NCBI GenBank assembly: GCA_001643675.2
Contig: LSRY02000020.1
Coordinates: 434,001 to 498,000 of the forward strand
DNA length: 64,000 nt
Reading direction: 5' to 3'
Origin: Monocercomonoides exilis PA203
Taxonomy: Eukaryota; Protista; Preaxostyla
Shown here: positions 1 to 12,800 of the stretch, piece by piece
Layout of the letters: each line of letters starts with the position of its first letter
Position numbering within the stretch: position 1 is the stretch's first letter
Notes under the pieces: generated by a model
Seen by the model: the letters and a program-made list of their open reading frames with translations, nothing else
Database searches by the model: none
Told to the model about the DNA's origin: nothing
Translations under genes and position numbers: made by a program

Positions 1-10
1 AAGGAGGAAT

Positions 11-821
11 GTGTTGTGTGAGAGAGCGATGGAAAGGAGGAGCTTTGGAAGGATGGTTGCAAAGGAATGGAGGAGCTGTGAAGCATGCGGACTTAATTCC
101 GAAGAGACAAAACAGGCGATGCTACCACGTTCGTTGATGCCTTTATCTTCATCGCCATCGTATTATTCTTCTTCTCTTTCTTCCTCTTCTTCCTTCTTTT
201 TCTTCCTCTTCTTCCTCTTCTTCCTCTTCTTTCTCTTCTTTCTCTTCCTCTTCCTCTTCATTGCCTCCCGATCCCCGCACCACCCAAAGCACTCCTTCCT
301 ATTCCCCCGTTGCATCCCCTTCTGCTCCTCCTGTCAAAAAGCGCCTTCTCATCCTCGACCTCCGCCCGAAACTGAACGCCGTAGGCCAGTCATTCATCTC
401 TGGTGGTTACGAATCCGAGTCCAACTATCTCTTTGCGGAGTGCCGAAACTTTGCAATCCCCAACCTCCATTCCATGCGCACGTGCATGTGCTCTATGCGT
501 GCTGCGTGTGTGGCGTGGGCACAACGCGAGATCGATGCCGAGGTCTTCTATGCTCTGTTACAGCTATCACGCTGGCTGGAGAACATTCAGGTGCTCCTTC
601 TTTCTGCACTCGAACTCGCACAAGCAGTTCAAGGCGGGTGGAATGTGCTTGCTCACTGCGCTGATGGCTGGGACAGGACACTCACCATCACTTCACTCGC
701 ATTCTTGCTGCTGGATCCATTCTCCAGGACGATTGCTGGCTTTTCGACGCTTGTGAAGAAGGAGCGGATGCACTTTGGGTATCAGTTTGTGACGAGGTAC
801 GGAAACAGGCAGAGATGGTAG
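11..821 (+). pseudogene. Myotubularin-family PI3P/PI(3,5)P2 phosphatase fragment, probably disrupted
   Basis: ORF 261-821 carries ILDLRPKLNA, GGYESESNY, IPNLHSMR, WLENIQ, HCADGWDRT (family motif HCSDGWDRT) and LDPFSRTIAGF. The upstream coding-like frame (11-190) is out of frame across a TCT tract. TAG at 819-821 comes before the usual C-terminal part of the domain. Confidence 0.75.
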
Positions 822-1167
822 CCGATAGGAGAATGAAGAAGTTATTATGTGTACAAGCACACTTCCAACGGAAGAGCTGGAGGAGGCAGAACAGGAGAGC
901 ATTGCAACAACGGAAGTGGTAATACTGCTGATGGTGGTGGTGGTAGTGGTGGTGGCGGAGGATTGAAGGGAAATACAAGTAAAATTATGTAGCATGGCTC
1001 TGCTTTACCGTCTTCCGCACATCCAGTATCTTTCACGCCTGCCTTTCCTGCTTCTCAAATCTCTTCTTTTTCTTCTTCTTTTTCTTCTGCATTTGACAAA
1101 CCGCATTCTTCGTTAACTTCATCATTTCCTTCTCCAACCACTTCTTCTTCTCCAATCTTTTCTCCAA

Positions 1168-1938
1168 ATGCTTCTCATTTTTCTCTGCAAGCCTCTTCTC
1201 CTTCAGCCATTTCTTCTTTTTCTTCTGCTTCTTCTGCTTCTTCTTCTGTTTCTTCTTCTGATGCAGCTAGTGTCAAATCAGCAGAGCACAAGTTATTCAG
1301 AAAGAGGGCAATTTAGCCGCCTGCAAGATGCTTCTGTCCCATCTGTTGAACCTCGCTCGCTTCCTCTCTCTCCTTCCTCCACCTCTTCCACTTCTTCTCT
1401 TCACTCCTCCTCGGCTCATTATCAGTCTGGTCTTTCCTCTCCTTCACAGTCTCCTTCTCCTTCTCCTTCTCCTTCTCCTGTTTCTTCCACTCCTTCCTCT
1501 TCACATCTCTTCGCATGCTCTCTTTCCAGCACTTCTCCTTATGTCACTCCCACTCAGTTCGCTGTCCGTCTCTCGACACCTCCAACAAGCTCTTCGTTCT
1601 CTTCCTGTTTGTCCAGCAATGAATTGTCTGCTTCAACACATCCTTTAACAATGTCATCGCATTATCCTCCGCGGAATACTCAAGCTGAGCCTGTTTCTTT
1701 CTCTTTGTCCTTCGCTTCTTCTTTTGCTCCATCTTCAACACCTTCTTTTTCTTCTTCTTTAATGTCAGCTTCAATTCAGGTTCAATCTCAGTCTCAGTCT
1801 CAGTCTCAATCTCATATTTCTTCAACAGATACAACTTCTCTTTCTTCTTTTCAATTGCATCCTTTTTCTGAAGCACTGAATGCAGTTTCTCCTCAACAGT
1901 TACCGAAAACACCTGAACATTCACAGCTTTTCAATTAA
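1168..1938 (+). pseudogene. Ser/Pro-rich low-complexity coding remnant
   Basis: Poly-Ser, SP and SQ repeat ORF. Coding-like sequence continues on both sides in shifted frames with stops. No recognisable domain. Confidence 0.35.
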
Positions 1939-2081
1939 ATGTCCAGATAGGAATCATCTGCCGTCCAAAAAACAAACAATGCAGCTCAAATAAAAGCAAC
2001 ATCAGCACAAACACTACAGAAATTGCATTCAGACAGGCAAAAGCAGAAAGCTGAAGTTGTGTCAGTTAAGGATCCAAAGAA

Positions 2082-2657
2082 GTTTATGATGGGGGCATTG
2101 TCCCTTCGCTGAACAGCCCTTCATCATCCTTGGCTGCCTCGAACACCTCGTTTGTCATGTGCTATCGCACTCAGAATGTTGAAATCAGTGGGGGTGAAGG
2201 GAATCCATCGAAACCAGCGAGACAAAATCAGACAGACAATGGGGCGAATTCATTCACTTGGTGTGTGTGGAATGGGTCAAAAACCACTGGGACAAGTAAT
2301 TCTTTCACAGATAGGGCTTCGATTGGAGGGGCCATTAACATGTGTAATCTGGGATCAGGAAGTCTTTCAGTGAAATTTTGTTTGTTCAACAACTGCACTG
2401 CATATTGGGATGGTGGAGGAATTATGTGTCGTTCTATCAATTCCATCAAGATTGAGAACAATTCGTTCAATGCATGTACAGCAAAAAATTATTATGGAGG
2501 ATGGATATATGCTGTAACAATTTCGTCATGTGTCAGGATCAGTGGGTGCGAGTTCCAGAAATGCAAAGCAAGAAACGATGGAGGAAGGTTTTTTGTTAAC
2601 TTTTCAGGCATCTGGAGCAAACTGAATAAGAACAATAAATTTGCTTTATGTTTGTGA
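2082..2657 (+). pseudogene. Internal fragment of a Cys-rich right-handed beta-helix (GGAI-repeat) surface protein
   Basis: Reads VYDGGIVPSLNSPSSSLAASNTSFV..FTWCVW..GGAINM..FNNC..GGGI..FNAC..FQKC. Same repeat style as the 23625 gene. In-frame TAA at 2067-2069, no start or signal peptide, frame lost at ~2590. Confidence 0.7.
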
Positions 2658-3440
2658 AAAAATGAAGCTTTGCAATTAGACTGATTCTTTTTGGTATTTA
2701 TTGATATTACATATTTTTCTTCACTTTTTTTAGTTTTTTCTTTTTTCTTCATTTCACCTGTACACTGGTAAATAGAAATGAAAAATATGAAATTGCTAAA
2801 GATAATTATATATTTAATAAGAAATCAAATTTATGTGTTATGTTTTACAAGTTCTTCTATCGAATTTATCAAAAACATGAAGATCTCTTCAAAGATTTAA
2901 CAAATTAATGTTTTTTCAGTGAAAAACGAAGTGGAAATTTCAAAAATAATATCATTTTCAATGGAAACAATAAAGTCCAATGTTTGAAATGAAGAAAAAA
3001 CAAAAATCGATGAAAAATAAAAGGACTGATTAATATAACATTGCGTTCTCTTTTCATTTTTAATCAAAAATGTTCGAAATGATAATACGTACTAATTATG
3101 ATTAAACCTAAAAAAAATAAATAATTACTTGTGACAACATTTGAAAAACAAAACATTAATTTTCTTACACATTTTGCATCTCTCAAACATTACTATTCGT
3201 CCAAAATAAAATGTTCTTCCATAACATTAATAAAGTTTTAAATAACAATACATAAATTTATAAACCTCATAATTTCACTAAAAATTATATAAATCAATCA
3301 TTCATTCATTTTTTGATGATAGTTCATACAAATCATGTAAAAAAGTTAAATCATTAAATCATACTCAAATATTAATCAAAAATATTCAATAACTGAGCTT
3401 GAAGGGAGATGTTATGCAACATAATTTTGATATAAATAAA

Positions 3441-3910
3441 AACTAAAAAATTAAATGTTATAATGGTATTTTCAAGATTTTCTCAATTTCACTTATTTTT
3501 CAATAATTCCTTCACACTTCATTCACATTTCACTTATTAACACATATTTGAGCTTTTAATTGCTCATACCACAATTATGAAAAAAAAGATCTTTCTTCGA
3601 ACAAAGTTACGATATGAAAAATAATAACCCATATTCAAATTGTTATCTTCAATAATAGATAATTCAGCTTGTTAACCTTTGTAATTCCAAATAATTTTAA
3701 TAAAAGAAATAACTCAAAAATTAAATGTTATAATGGAATTTATAAGAAATTCTCAAATTAACTTGATTTTCAAAAATTCAATCAAGATTCTTTTTCTATT
3801 TATTTATAAACATGTATTTTTACCTTTTTCATTTCAAACCACAATTTCTTAAAAAAAGATCTTTCTTCGAACAAAGTTACGATATGAAAAATAATGACCC
3901 ATATATTCAA
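3441..3910. repeat. Imperfect tandem duplication, period 270 bp
   Basis: TTAAATGTTATAATGG at 3451 and 3721; AAAAAAAGATCTTTCTTCGAACAAAGTTACGATATGAAAAATAAT at 3581 and 3851. Confidence 0.85.
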
Positions 3911-5060
3911 TCGATTTGTTCGACAATCCGAATAAAATGATAGAAAAGAGAAACTATTGTTGGGAAATACCACTTGGCTGCTGAAGCATGTTGGATGTTG
4001 CAAGGAATTGAAATGCTTTGCATGCTATTCTTTTGATAAATCATTATCGAACAAAAGAATGAAAGAGATGATAATTGATGAAAATGAAAAGAAAAAAGAT
4101 GAAATGAATGAAAAGCTTTTGACTGATCTTTGTGGATGTTTTGTTTAGCTGTGTGATGAGACGTTTTTGGTGTAATTCTTTCAATCATTGTGACTAACCT
4201 TTTGAAAATAGCATCGAAGAAAACGGAAAGTTAAAAAGCAAACGAAGAAGTGGAAATGGTATTGCTTTTATTGAACCGCTTTGAATATCAATTTAGATTT
4301 TTTTGTGCAATTTTTTAATATAAACTGGGTTTTATTTTTCTTTTCATTAGAAAATGTTAGAGGAACTGTTTTTAAAAGAAATCGAAGAGATTAAACAACA
4401 TTATCATGAACTCAACATTCAATAAAGGCTAATGCATCATTCTGCTTGGAAGTTTATGATTAACTGATTTAATATATCATTCAGCTTGTTAAAAGGCATC
4501 GTGAGCGAGCTGCACTTAGCGAGAGAATTAGCAAGAGAATCGGATGAGCTGAATAGAAACATTGAAAGAAAGAGAAAGAATGAAGAGGAAAGAATCGAAA
4601 AACTGAGAAGGAGGTTCTTCAAAAGAGATGGGATAAGATGTTGCCTTTTCACTTAATCCATTGCAATTTGTGGAACGAATTATTCGTCAGGCTTTTTGGA
4701 TGTATTTCAAATGTGTTTCGAGCGTCGAGGGATATTAACAAAGATTTCAATGAGAATTGCTTTTATGCATTTAAAAAAAATAAACAGAAGAGCTGTGAAG
4801 GTTGATGAATTGCTGGAAAGCGAGTCCGTAGATATTATTTTGGAGGAGATTCAACAACAAAAATTGAAAAATTGGCTGATATATCAAAGCTTGTAATTCC
4901 ATATAAATTCTTCAATACGATTTAAAAAAAGAGTGGAATGATGAAATAGAAGTTGTGAAAAAAGAGTTGAAAAAGAAAGTGATTGAAAAAGATGGTATCA
5001 AAAGGAACCGATTATGCTATAACAAGGCTTCGCGAAACTCAAATTTTGACAATTTCTTTT
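3900..5060 (+). pseudogene. Decayed copy of a large lineage-specific helical hypothetical protein family
   Basis: Fragments LGNTTWLLKHVG, MIIDENEKKKDEMNEKLLTDLC, LLKIASKK, IVSELHLARELARE, AVKVDELLESESVDIILEEIQQ across several frames with stops. Family recognised from memory of Monocercomonoides proteins. Confidence 0.6.
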
Positions 5061-6268
5061 TGATAATCCACTTTTAGATTGTTTCAGAAATTATTCCATG
5101 AATGCTTTTATGAATTTGATATATTAAATATTGATAATCAAAAGATATGTCCACTCACATTCTCTTTTTTTTCTTTTGAAAATCATATCTTAATACAATT
5201 CATGTTTGTGTCTCTTTTTTTGAAAAAAAATTGAAATTATTTTCCTTCATTTTGTTGATCTGAAAATATAATATAAGTAAAAGATTATTGGTAAGTTATT
5301 TATAATTCTCCTTTTTATCAACTCAAAGACTATCATCAATCATCTTTTTGCAAATTACTTTCAAGAAAATACAAATGATTGTTTATTAATCCATCGTTAA
5401 TAACAGTGTCTTTGATAAACCTTTCAAATATCTGGCTTTCGTCAAGTTTCCTCACTAGTTTGTCAAAATATTCTGAGATTTCAGTTCTAGAAATAAATAA
5501 AAATATTATCGTGCAAGAAAAAACAGAGCAAGAGAAATATATGTTGAAATCAATAAAGAACGTTTTTCATTTGACTTTTGGAAAGTCAATTATCTAAATG
5601 AAGCAACAGATAACTTTATTGAATTTTTCATCATTCTATTCTTTTTTATTTTTCTCTTTCTTCACTTCAAACAATTTTACGACAAAACTCTCTTTTCATT
5701 TCTATTTTTTAACTCCGCTCGGAGTCCACCCTTTACCCTTTTTAATTCTTTTTCGATGAGGATTCCTTTTTTGAACGCACTCGGAAAATGAAAAGAAATG
5801 ATCATCATATGGACAAATTATCGAAAGGCAACAGTTTCCAAAGAAAAATCGAACAACATCCATTTTCATTCACTTCAAAGAAGAAATCAAACTTATGGAT
5901 TCCAAGGACTGAACAAAAAACGAAAGAATTTTTATCACGCATTCTTTTTCATATTTTGTCTTCATATTTTTTCTCTGTAAGAATCACAAATGCACATTTT
6001 TCCTTTTGATCGGAGTCGTTTCCAACTCGAAAATTCATAGTCAACCAACAACATCAAAGTCAAACGGTTTTCTTTTCATTCCATTTATAAATTCTAGTTT
6101 TGTTCGTCATTCTTTCGTTTTCTGTGGTCAATACAAACTTATTAACAATTTTCATGTTTCAAAAAAGCATTTTTGAAGTTCAATAAAATGGATGATAAAT
6201 AAAAAGCTTTGTTCGAAGAAAAAATCGAATTAAAATGGAGCGAAAATGATATGAAATATTATGGTATA

Positions 6269-9259
6269 TCAAATTTGAAGGATTGCTTCAAGTGTTTGCA
6301 TGTTAAAAGGATATCTTTGATCTCCGATAACGTTTTTTGTTTTGGAAATAACTCGTTCACAGCTGGCTTTACTGCAGGGGGAAACAATTAACGAATGGCA
6401 CAATCCAGAATAAACGGTTTGTATATTTCCATATGCTGCCAGCACTTGGTAATATATTTCGGGGTTATATTCAAATAAATCATCCGGCTTTGATCTCATC
6501 TGCCTTTCAAACAACAGATTGCAACCTACAGAGTTTTTCTTTTCCATGTCCTTCAGAACTTTTTTCGCTTATTTCGTAAAATATGCATCAAGCCTTGGAA
6601 ACCAATCAACAAATAACGTGTTCTCTATCTGTTTCATGCTTTGTGTTGCTTTTTCTTCATTGAATTCTGTAATAACAAGTAATTTGCCAGTCGAAAAAAA
6701 ATTTTCAATGTCAAAATCTAATTCTTCATCTAATTCTGACTGATGGCCTTCAAAATAACAATGACAGTGACTGCGAACGTCATCTTCCAAACATGTTGTT
6801 TCATTTTTCTGATTATCTTCAAGGACTCTGTCAACATCCATCAGTTCCTCTTGCGTTTCATTCATTGTTTCCTGCGAACAAACACTTGCTGAAGAATAAC
6901 AATTAAGATCCACAAATAAATGTGTTGAAGAATTGGAATTGTTTGAAGTTGAAGAAACTTCAGACGTTGAGAATATTTCACTATCTTTCCCGAATTGAGT
7001 TTGACTTGGGTTTTATTGTTCAAACAAATAATCGTACATATCGTCAACTGAATTTTCTTCAGCTTCTAATAATCCATATTCGTCGCTTTCTTCATCTTCT
7101 TCTCCAATGACAAGTTTCTTTTCGTTTCTCTTCCCAACTGTTTCTTGAGCAGTTTCTTCCAGTTGCTGAATCAACAAGAGAATGTCATTCAATTCATTTT
7201 TTTCTTCAATCAACATATAAAAATGAATTAGCACTCAATACAAAAAATAAACACATAAAAATAATATCAAATCTGATTGGCTTTTGGATTTATTTATAAA
7301 TGCAGCCTGGGATTGGGGTCTATATTTCATCCTATGTTTCAAAAAATTCACAACAAATATCAAAAGCCAAAGTTTAAGAAATGAAAAAAAATAATAAAAT
7401 TAAACTCATTTGCATTTAAGTCAACAGGATAAGGCAAATGATGAAATAATGATGAAACTTTGTATCTGAAGTCTGAAGAATTTGTTAAAGAGGATAGACA
7501 AGAGATTTCAGCTTCTTTTTCAAAGAAAGATGGTGTTTAAAAGATACTGAGAGGAAAGCATTGCTTTCGAACCAACTGAATGCCAATTTAGGTCACAGCA
7601 GACAAAAGCGCTAAATATTCACCGCCCGTTTCAACAAAAAATAGCATTACATCAATATAAGCGAGTTCACAATAGAGTTTCTCCATTTTTCTTCTTTTAA
7701 CTGAACCAGCTTCAAAATATAGAAAAATGACTCAAAAGCTCTTTAACAAAATTGGGAAAACTTTACTCAACTTGGTGCTGTCATTTTCAAAATTCATATG
7801 AAGCAAATGAAAAGGGAATAAGAACACTTCTGCTTTGATGATATCCACAAGGCTATCCGTGTCAATTAAATGTTCCTTTCGAATTAATTTATTTTTTCTC
7901 CTGATGAACGAAGCTATTTCGAACAATGAAATCCATCTTGTTGTGATAAATGTTGTGGCGTGCTTCTTGAGAATGTTTTTTATTAGCTTTGAATGGGCTT
8001 TTTGAGAAAATTTCAGCATTTTAAATTTGAAATCGCAAAGAAATGAACTTTTGTGAGTCAATTTGTGATAACCAAATTTGTCAAGTGATTAAAGCAGTAA
8101 ATATGAAAAGGAATAAATCTCTGATACCTTTCTTCAATTGAATCTGCATTTCTTTCCTGGCTTGTGAAATTCTCAATGGCTCTGATTTGAGAAGAAAACC
8201 CATCTGTACAAAAACTTGTCACAATTGTGTTATATTGACTGAATTCATGTATTAGATTGTTAACAAGAATATTGAACTCTTTGGAAGTTCCGCATGGTGG
8301 ATATAATCCCCAAAATAATGTTTTGCTGTCAAATGATAGTTTTGATACCGTAACAACAATGATCTTTCTATTCGCCACTGATGCTCCATCCAACATAATG
8401 CTCACTCCATTGTTCCGTATTATCGATTCTTTTTCCTTCACAACTCTGGATTTTTCCATAAGAACCATGTGTGCGATTTTCTTGCGTGTCAAATATGGGA
8501 ATATTGATTCCGATGATAGCGAAGTGTTGCTTTGTCCAGCTTTGATCAATGAAAAAATAAACGAATTCATTTCTATAGATGATGATGACAAAAACGAAGA
8601 ATTGCATCTGCAAATCAAGGAAATGAATTGCTTTTGTAATTTTGAAACACTTGTTGGACCATCCAGCATTGAAAGAGACATTGGATCTTTGCAAATTGAT
8701 ATGGAGTTACACACTTTTGTGAATCGAACAATATTTTTGTGTTTCAAATATTAACATTTATGATTAACAGTTATTGAGAAATTTCTTTGGCCTGAAATGC
8801 CATAGGAAAATCCATCATTCGAAATCGGGCACAGATAATACTTATAGCAATCTTTTTTTGGTGTTCTATTTTCATCAACAAGAGTGTAAGATATTTATAA
8901 TGATTTTCCGATAACTTAAAATGAAATTCGAGAAAGAAATTCATTTTTTTTTCGAGGATGATCATACACTTTCCATATAAAAAAACAACAAAAAAATAAA
9001 AAATATGAAAGTCGAAAAAAAGTTCAAAAACCTGGTCCATATTTCGTTTCGCAGTATTTTTGTTATTTCACAAATTGACATCCCGTGTCATGCATTTTCT
9101 TTTTTGTTTTTTCGTAAATATCTTTCAAACAAATAAAAAAAAAAACCCTTTAATGATAATTATTTTGAGATTTGAGCAAACAAGAAAAACGTTTCTTAAA
9201 CATTCTTGTAATTCCTTCGGTAAGTCTTCATTTTCCAAATCTTCTTCCAACTCCAACAT
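6269..9259 (-). mobile_element. Decayed hAT-superfamily transposase gene
   Basis: Ordered hAT motifs on the minus strand: VSIMLDG (first D), FCTDG (second D), HIYCFNHLTNL (CxxH), TTRWISLF (RW), and C-terminal dimerisation-type SPCSKASCERVISK..R..TLEAIL. Split by stops and frameshifts. Plausible ATG at 9259 (MLELEEDL..). Confidence 0.85.
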
Positions 9260-9265
9260 TTTGAG

Positions 9266-9668
9266 TGACCTGACATGATGTCACTGACGGTAAATAAGTT
9301 TCAAAATTCCGATCTTGACCTTTTCGTCAGTGAAAATTACGTTATGGTATTTTTGATATGAGAAAATAATGAAATTTTAACAATAATTTAACAAGCTTAT
9401 TGAAAAAAGATCCTCAATTTGTAATGTTTTTTATTTCTAAATCAAAATTTTATTTCACAAAAATTTTCGACTGACGCGAAAATATTTGTCGTGTCAGTCA
9501 GTAATCGAAAGGTTAACGTCAAAAGTCAGCACGTCACCCAAGCTTAAGTGTTTTATCTTTTTCTCAGTATAATTTTAAATATAGTTTGTTTCTGGTAAAA
9601 AAAAAAAAAAAAGAAAGAAAAACAGTGACAGGTGCTGACTTACGAGAGCCCACCTATTTCAAGGTGAC
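9266..9668. promoter_or_regulatory. Cluster of TGAC/GTCA motifs between divergent hAT and peptidase genes
   Basis: 15 TGAC/GTCA 4-mers in ~400 bp of AT-rich DNA. GTGCTGACTT occurs as an inverted pair (9523-9532, 9632-9641). TGACTCA at 9665. Confidence 0.45.
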
Positions 9669-9839
9669 TCAGATGTTTAGCCCAAAGTTAGAAATTATAG
9701 AATAAATTACGGGTGGAACAAAAATTAGGAACAAGAAAATTTTACAACATTTTCATCAATTAATATTTTTTTGTCAGTAATAAAGGGTTGAAATTAATAT
9801 TTATGGGATTGATCGAATTTTGATTTTGAATAAGCAAAA

Positions 9840-12800
9840 ATGCTTTTCATAGGTTTTGCTATTGTGGTTTGTACCTTGGTGGCCGGTGATGATTGCACAT
9901 TTAAGAGCATGATGCCAGTTGATAAAGAACGTGTTGCGAAATGCTTGCAGCATTTACCAGTTTGTTAATTTTTTTTAATTTCTTTTAAAATTCTTGAAAT
10001 TATTGTGAATTCTTTACATAACTGCAGTATAAAAAAGGAGAGGGAGAAACGCTTGAAACAATGAAGACGGTGCGAAGTTACATTGACAGCTATGCTTATC
10101 GAGACACAATGGTTAATCCTCCAGCTCCATATAAACGTTATGATATTCTCGCAGAGTTGAGCAAAATTGAAAATACCGAATATGCCAATGGATTGGAATA
10201 TCACCAAGCAATCGCAACTGCCTTTAACAATCTTGAAGATGCACATACAAATTACGTTTTCCCATGCTCGAGCTTGTTCGCATATATATTTCCATTCAGA
10301 TTTGTTTTTGAAGTTCCCGATGCTTCAAAACCATCAAAAATTGTAGTTAAGATGGCAGAATCTTCAATTACTGGTCTCACAAAGAAATTTATTGATGAAG
10401 GCGGAATTAATATTACTGGAAAGGAAGTGGTAAGTCTTGATCTTCCGGATTTAGATGGATCTGGAAATATGAAACCCGAAGAGGCAATTGCTAAATGGGC
10501 AGATAAATATGTGAAGACAGCACGAACACCAGCTGCAAGATTAGCTTATGCACTGACCTATACAGATTTTGAAACAAGAACACTGGATTCGTTTCCTGTC
10601 CCAGAAGGAGATGTGTGCATTACTGTTAAAACTAATAACGGAGATCAATCGGTGAATGTTTCATTTTATGGAATATCTTTAGCAAATATTACAGATGTTA
10701 ATGATATGCTGAACACTAAATGCCCGCTTCAGGATAAAGTGCAAAATAATTTAACATCAAACTCTAATAGCTTTGAGCAGCAATCCTTTGAAGAAGATGA
10801 GAAACATTATCAAGCAGTGATGGAAGCGCATAAGGATAATCCATTATTTCAACAGATTTATGAAAGTATCTGGAAATCTCCTGAATTGAAGAATTTATTT
10901 ATCAGAAAACCGGATAGCATACCAATTCCCAAAAAGTTAACACATCCTATTGAAGAAGAGATTTCTTCTCGAGTAAAGGACATTATTTCCCAACAATTTG
11001 CACTATCTGATGAGCATCAGAAGAATGGAAACCAAAAGCAATCGTTCAAAGCGAGAATCGAAGAGAAATTGAGAAAAATGAAGAAAAATGGTGAATTTGA
11101 AGATTTTGATAGTGCTGGAGAAGGCGAGCCAAAATTGACCATTTTGAAGAAAGACAAAAATGTTCTTGCTGCAGTGGTTGATGCATATAAGTTGGGGTAT
11201 TTATCCATTGGAACATTTGCACCAAGCAGTGATGAAGAAATAGCTTCATTTATGGAGGTTATCATCACAAGCGTTGTAGAAACAAGAGCCAAAGGATACA
11301 AGCTCATAATCGATTTGCGTGGCAACGGAGGTGGATACATCATATTGTCTGATTGGCTTTTCATGCTGTTGTTCCCTGAGGAATATCCAATCTTCCCAAC
11401 ACGATCGGTGGTTGCATCTGAACTCAGCAAAATATACATAAGCGAAGTTTCACAGCCACCATTTGAATTTGTAACCGAGCCGGTTTCACAAGATATAATA
11501 AAGGATGTCTGGGCAAAGCCAAAGACAAAAGTCACTGTGATAGGAGATGACGGGAAGGGGCGTTCACAAGAATGGGTGTACAAGCACGTGGAGGATTCTG
11601 AAAGAACAGTCAACAGTTTGTTATCTGCTGTTCCATTAGCGTATCGAAATGCGAGGTTGTATGCTCCGAGTGAAATTTTAGTTTTGAGCGATGGGACATG
11701 TGGATCTGCCTGTGCTCAGTTCTTGAAACGAATGAAGGAGAAGAAGCTGGGAAAAGTTGCGGGGCTTGGCAGTGAAAAACTTTCTGAAAGTGGGATTCCA
11801 TTTGATATTGCCTCATTTGCCAGTGGAAATGTGATTGATACATCGTATGTTGAACAAGTGCGTCCCAAAGCCGCATCGATGCGAGAAAACAGGATGTTAA
11901 ACAACATGTCAAACGACGAGCCCCTTCCTTCGTATCCAAGAAAGGTGCAAAGAGGGATGACGAATATCAGAATATCTTTAACAACTTCGTTTAGCTTTGA
12001 TTGGAATACGCTGAACGAGCAACCAGAGTTTAAAATTATTGAGCCAGACGAAATCTATCCAATTTTTGCTGATAAGATAACCGGCTTCACGCCATCTGGA
12101 ATTTTAGACACAATAACAAAAGTAAAGTCATCATTTGACAAGTGTTATGATTGGGAAGTGAAAGATAACTATGCATGCCCAATCCCTGCTAATAATAAGA
12201 ATGCTGTTTATGGGAATCCGTGTTCTAACAAAAAATTCGACAAGAACCAGTGCAAGTTGTCTCGCTGCGAGCGTGGCTACTATTTGAACAGAGACAATAT
12301 ATGTCAGAAACGTCCATCAATGGGCCGTCCAAAATACCAAGAGGATCCATCTGTCTGCATGTTCGATCCAATGACTCCGATGCGAGCTGATGTCATGATT
12401 GACTGCTTGAAGCAGCTTCCATATGATAAAACAGAGGCTGCCAACACTTTGAAGACTATCAGGGATACTTTGGCCATTTACGCATACAGAGATACAATTG
12501 CCAACCCGCCAGCCCCATTTGAAAACGATAAAGTTGATATTCTTGGCGAACTGGACAAAATCGAGAAGGAAGATTATTCATCAGGGCTTGAGTTCCACAA
12601 TGCAATTGGCACAGCTTTCGCAAAACTGAAAGATGCCCATACGATTTACAATTATCCATGTTCTCAGCCGTTTGTATTTGCGCTGCCTTACACTTTTAAG
12701 TTTGAAGTGCCAGACCCTTCGAAGCCAAACGAAATAACAGTGAAGTTGACAGAGTACATTTCTTTGCTCTCTAATTTTTATGCGAAAGAAATGGGAAGGA

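Noticed and set aside
5700-6200. Right-hand TIR of the hAT element
   Set aside because: No sequence matching the candidate left end near 9541 was found; only a short CTCCGCTCGGAG palindrome.
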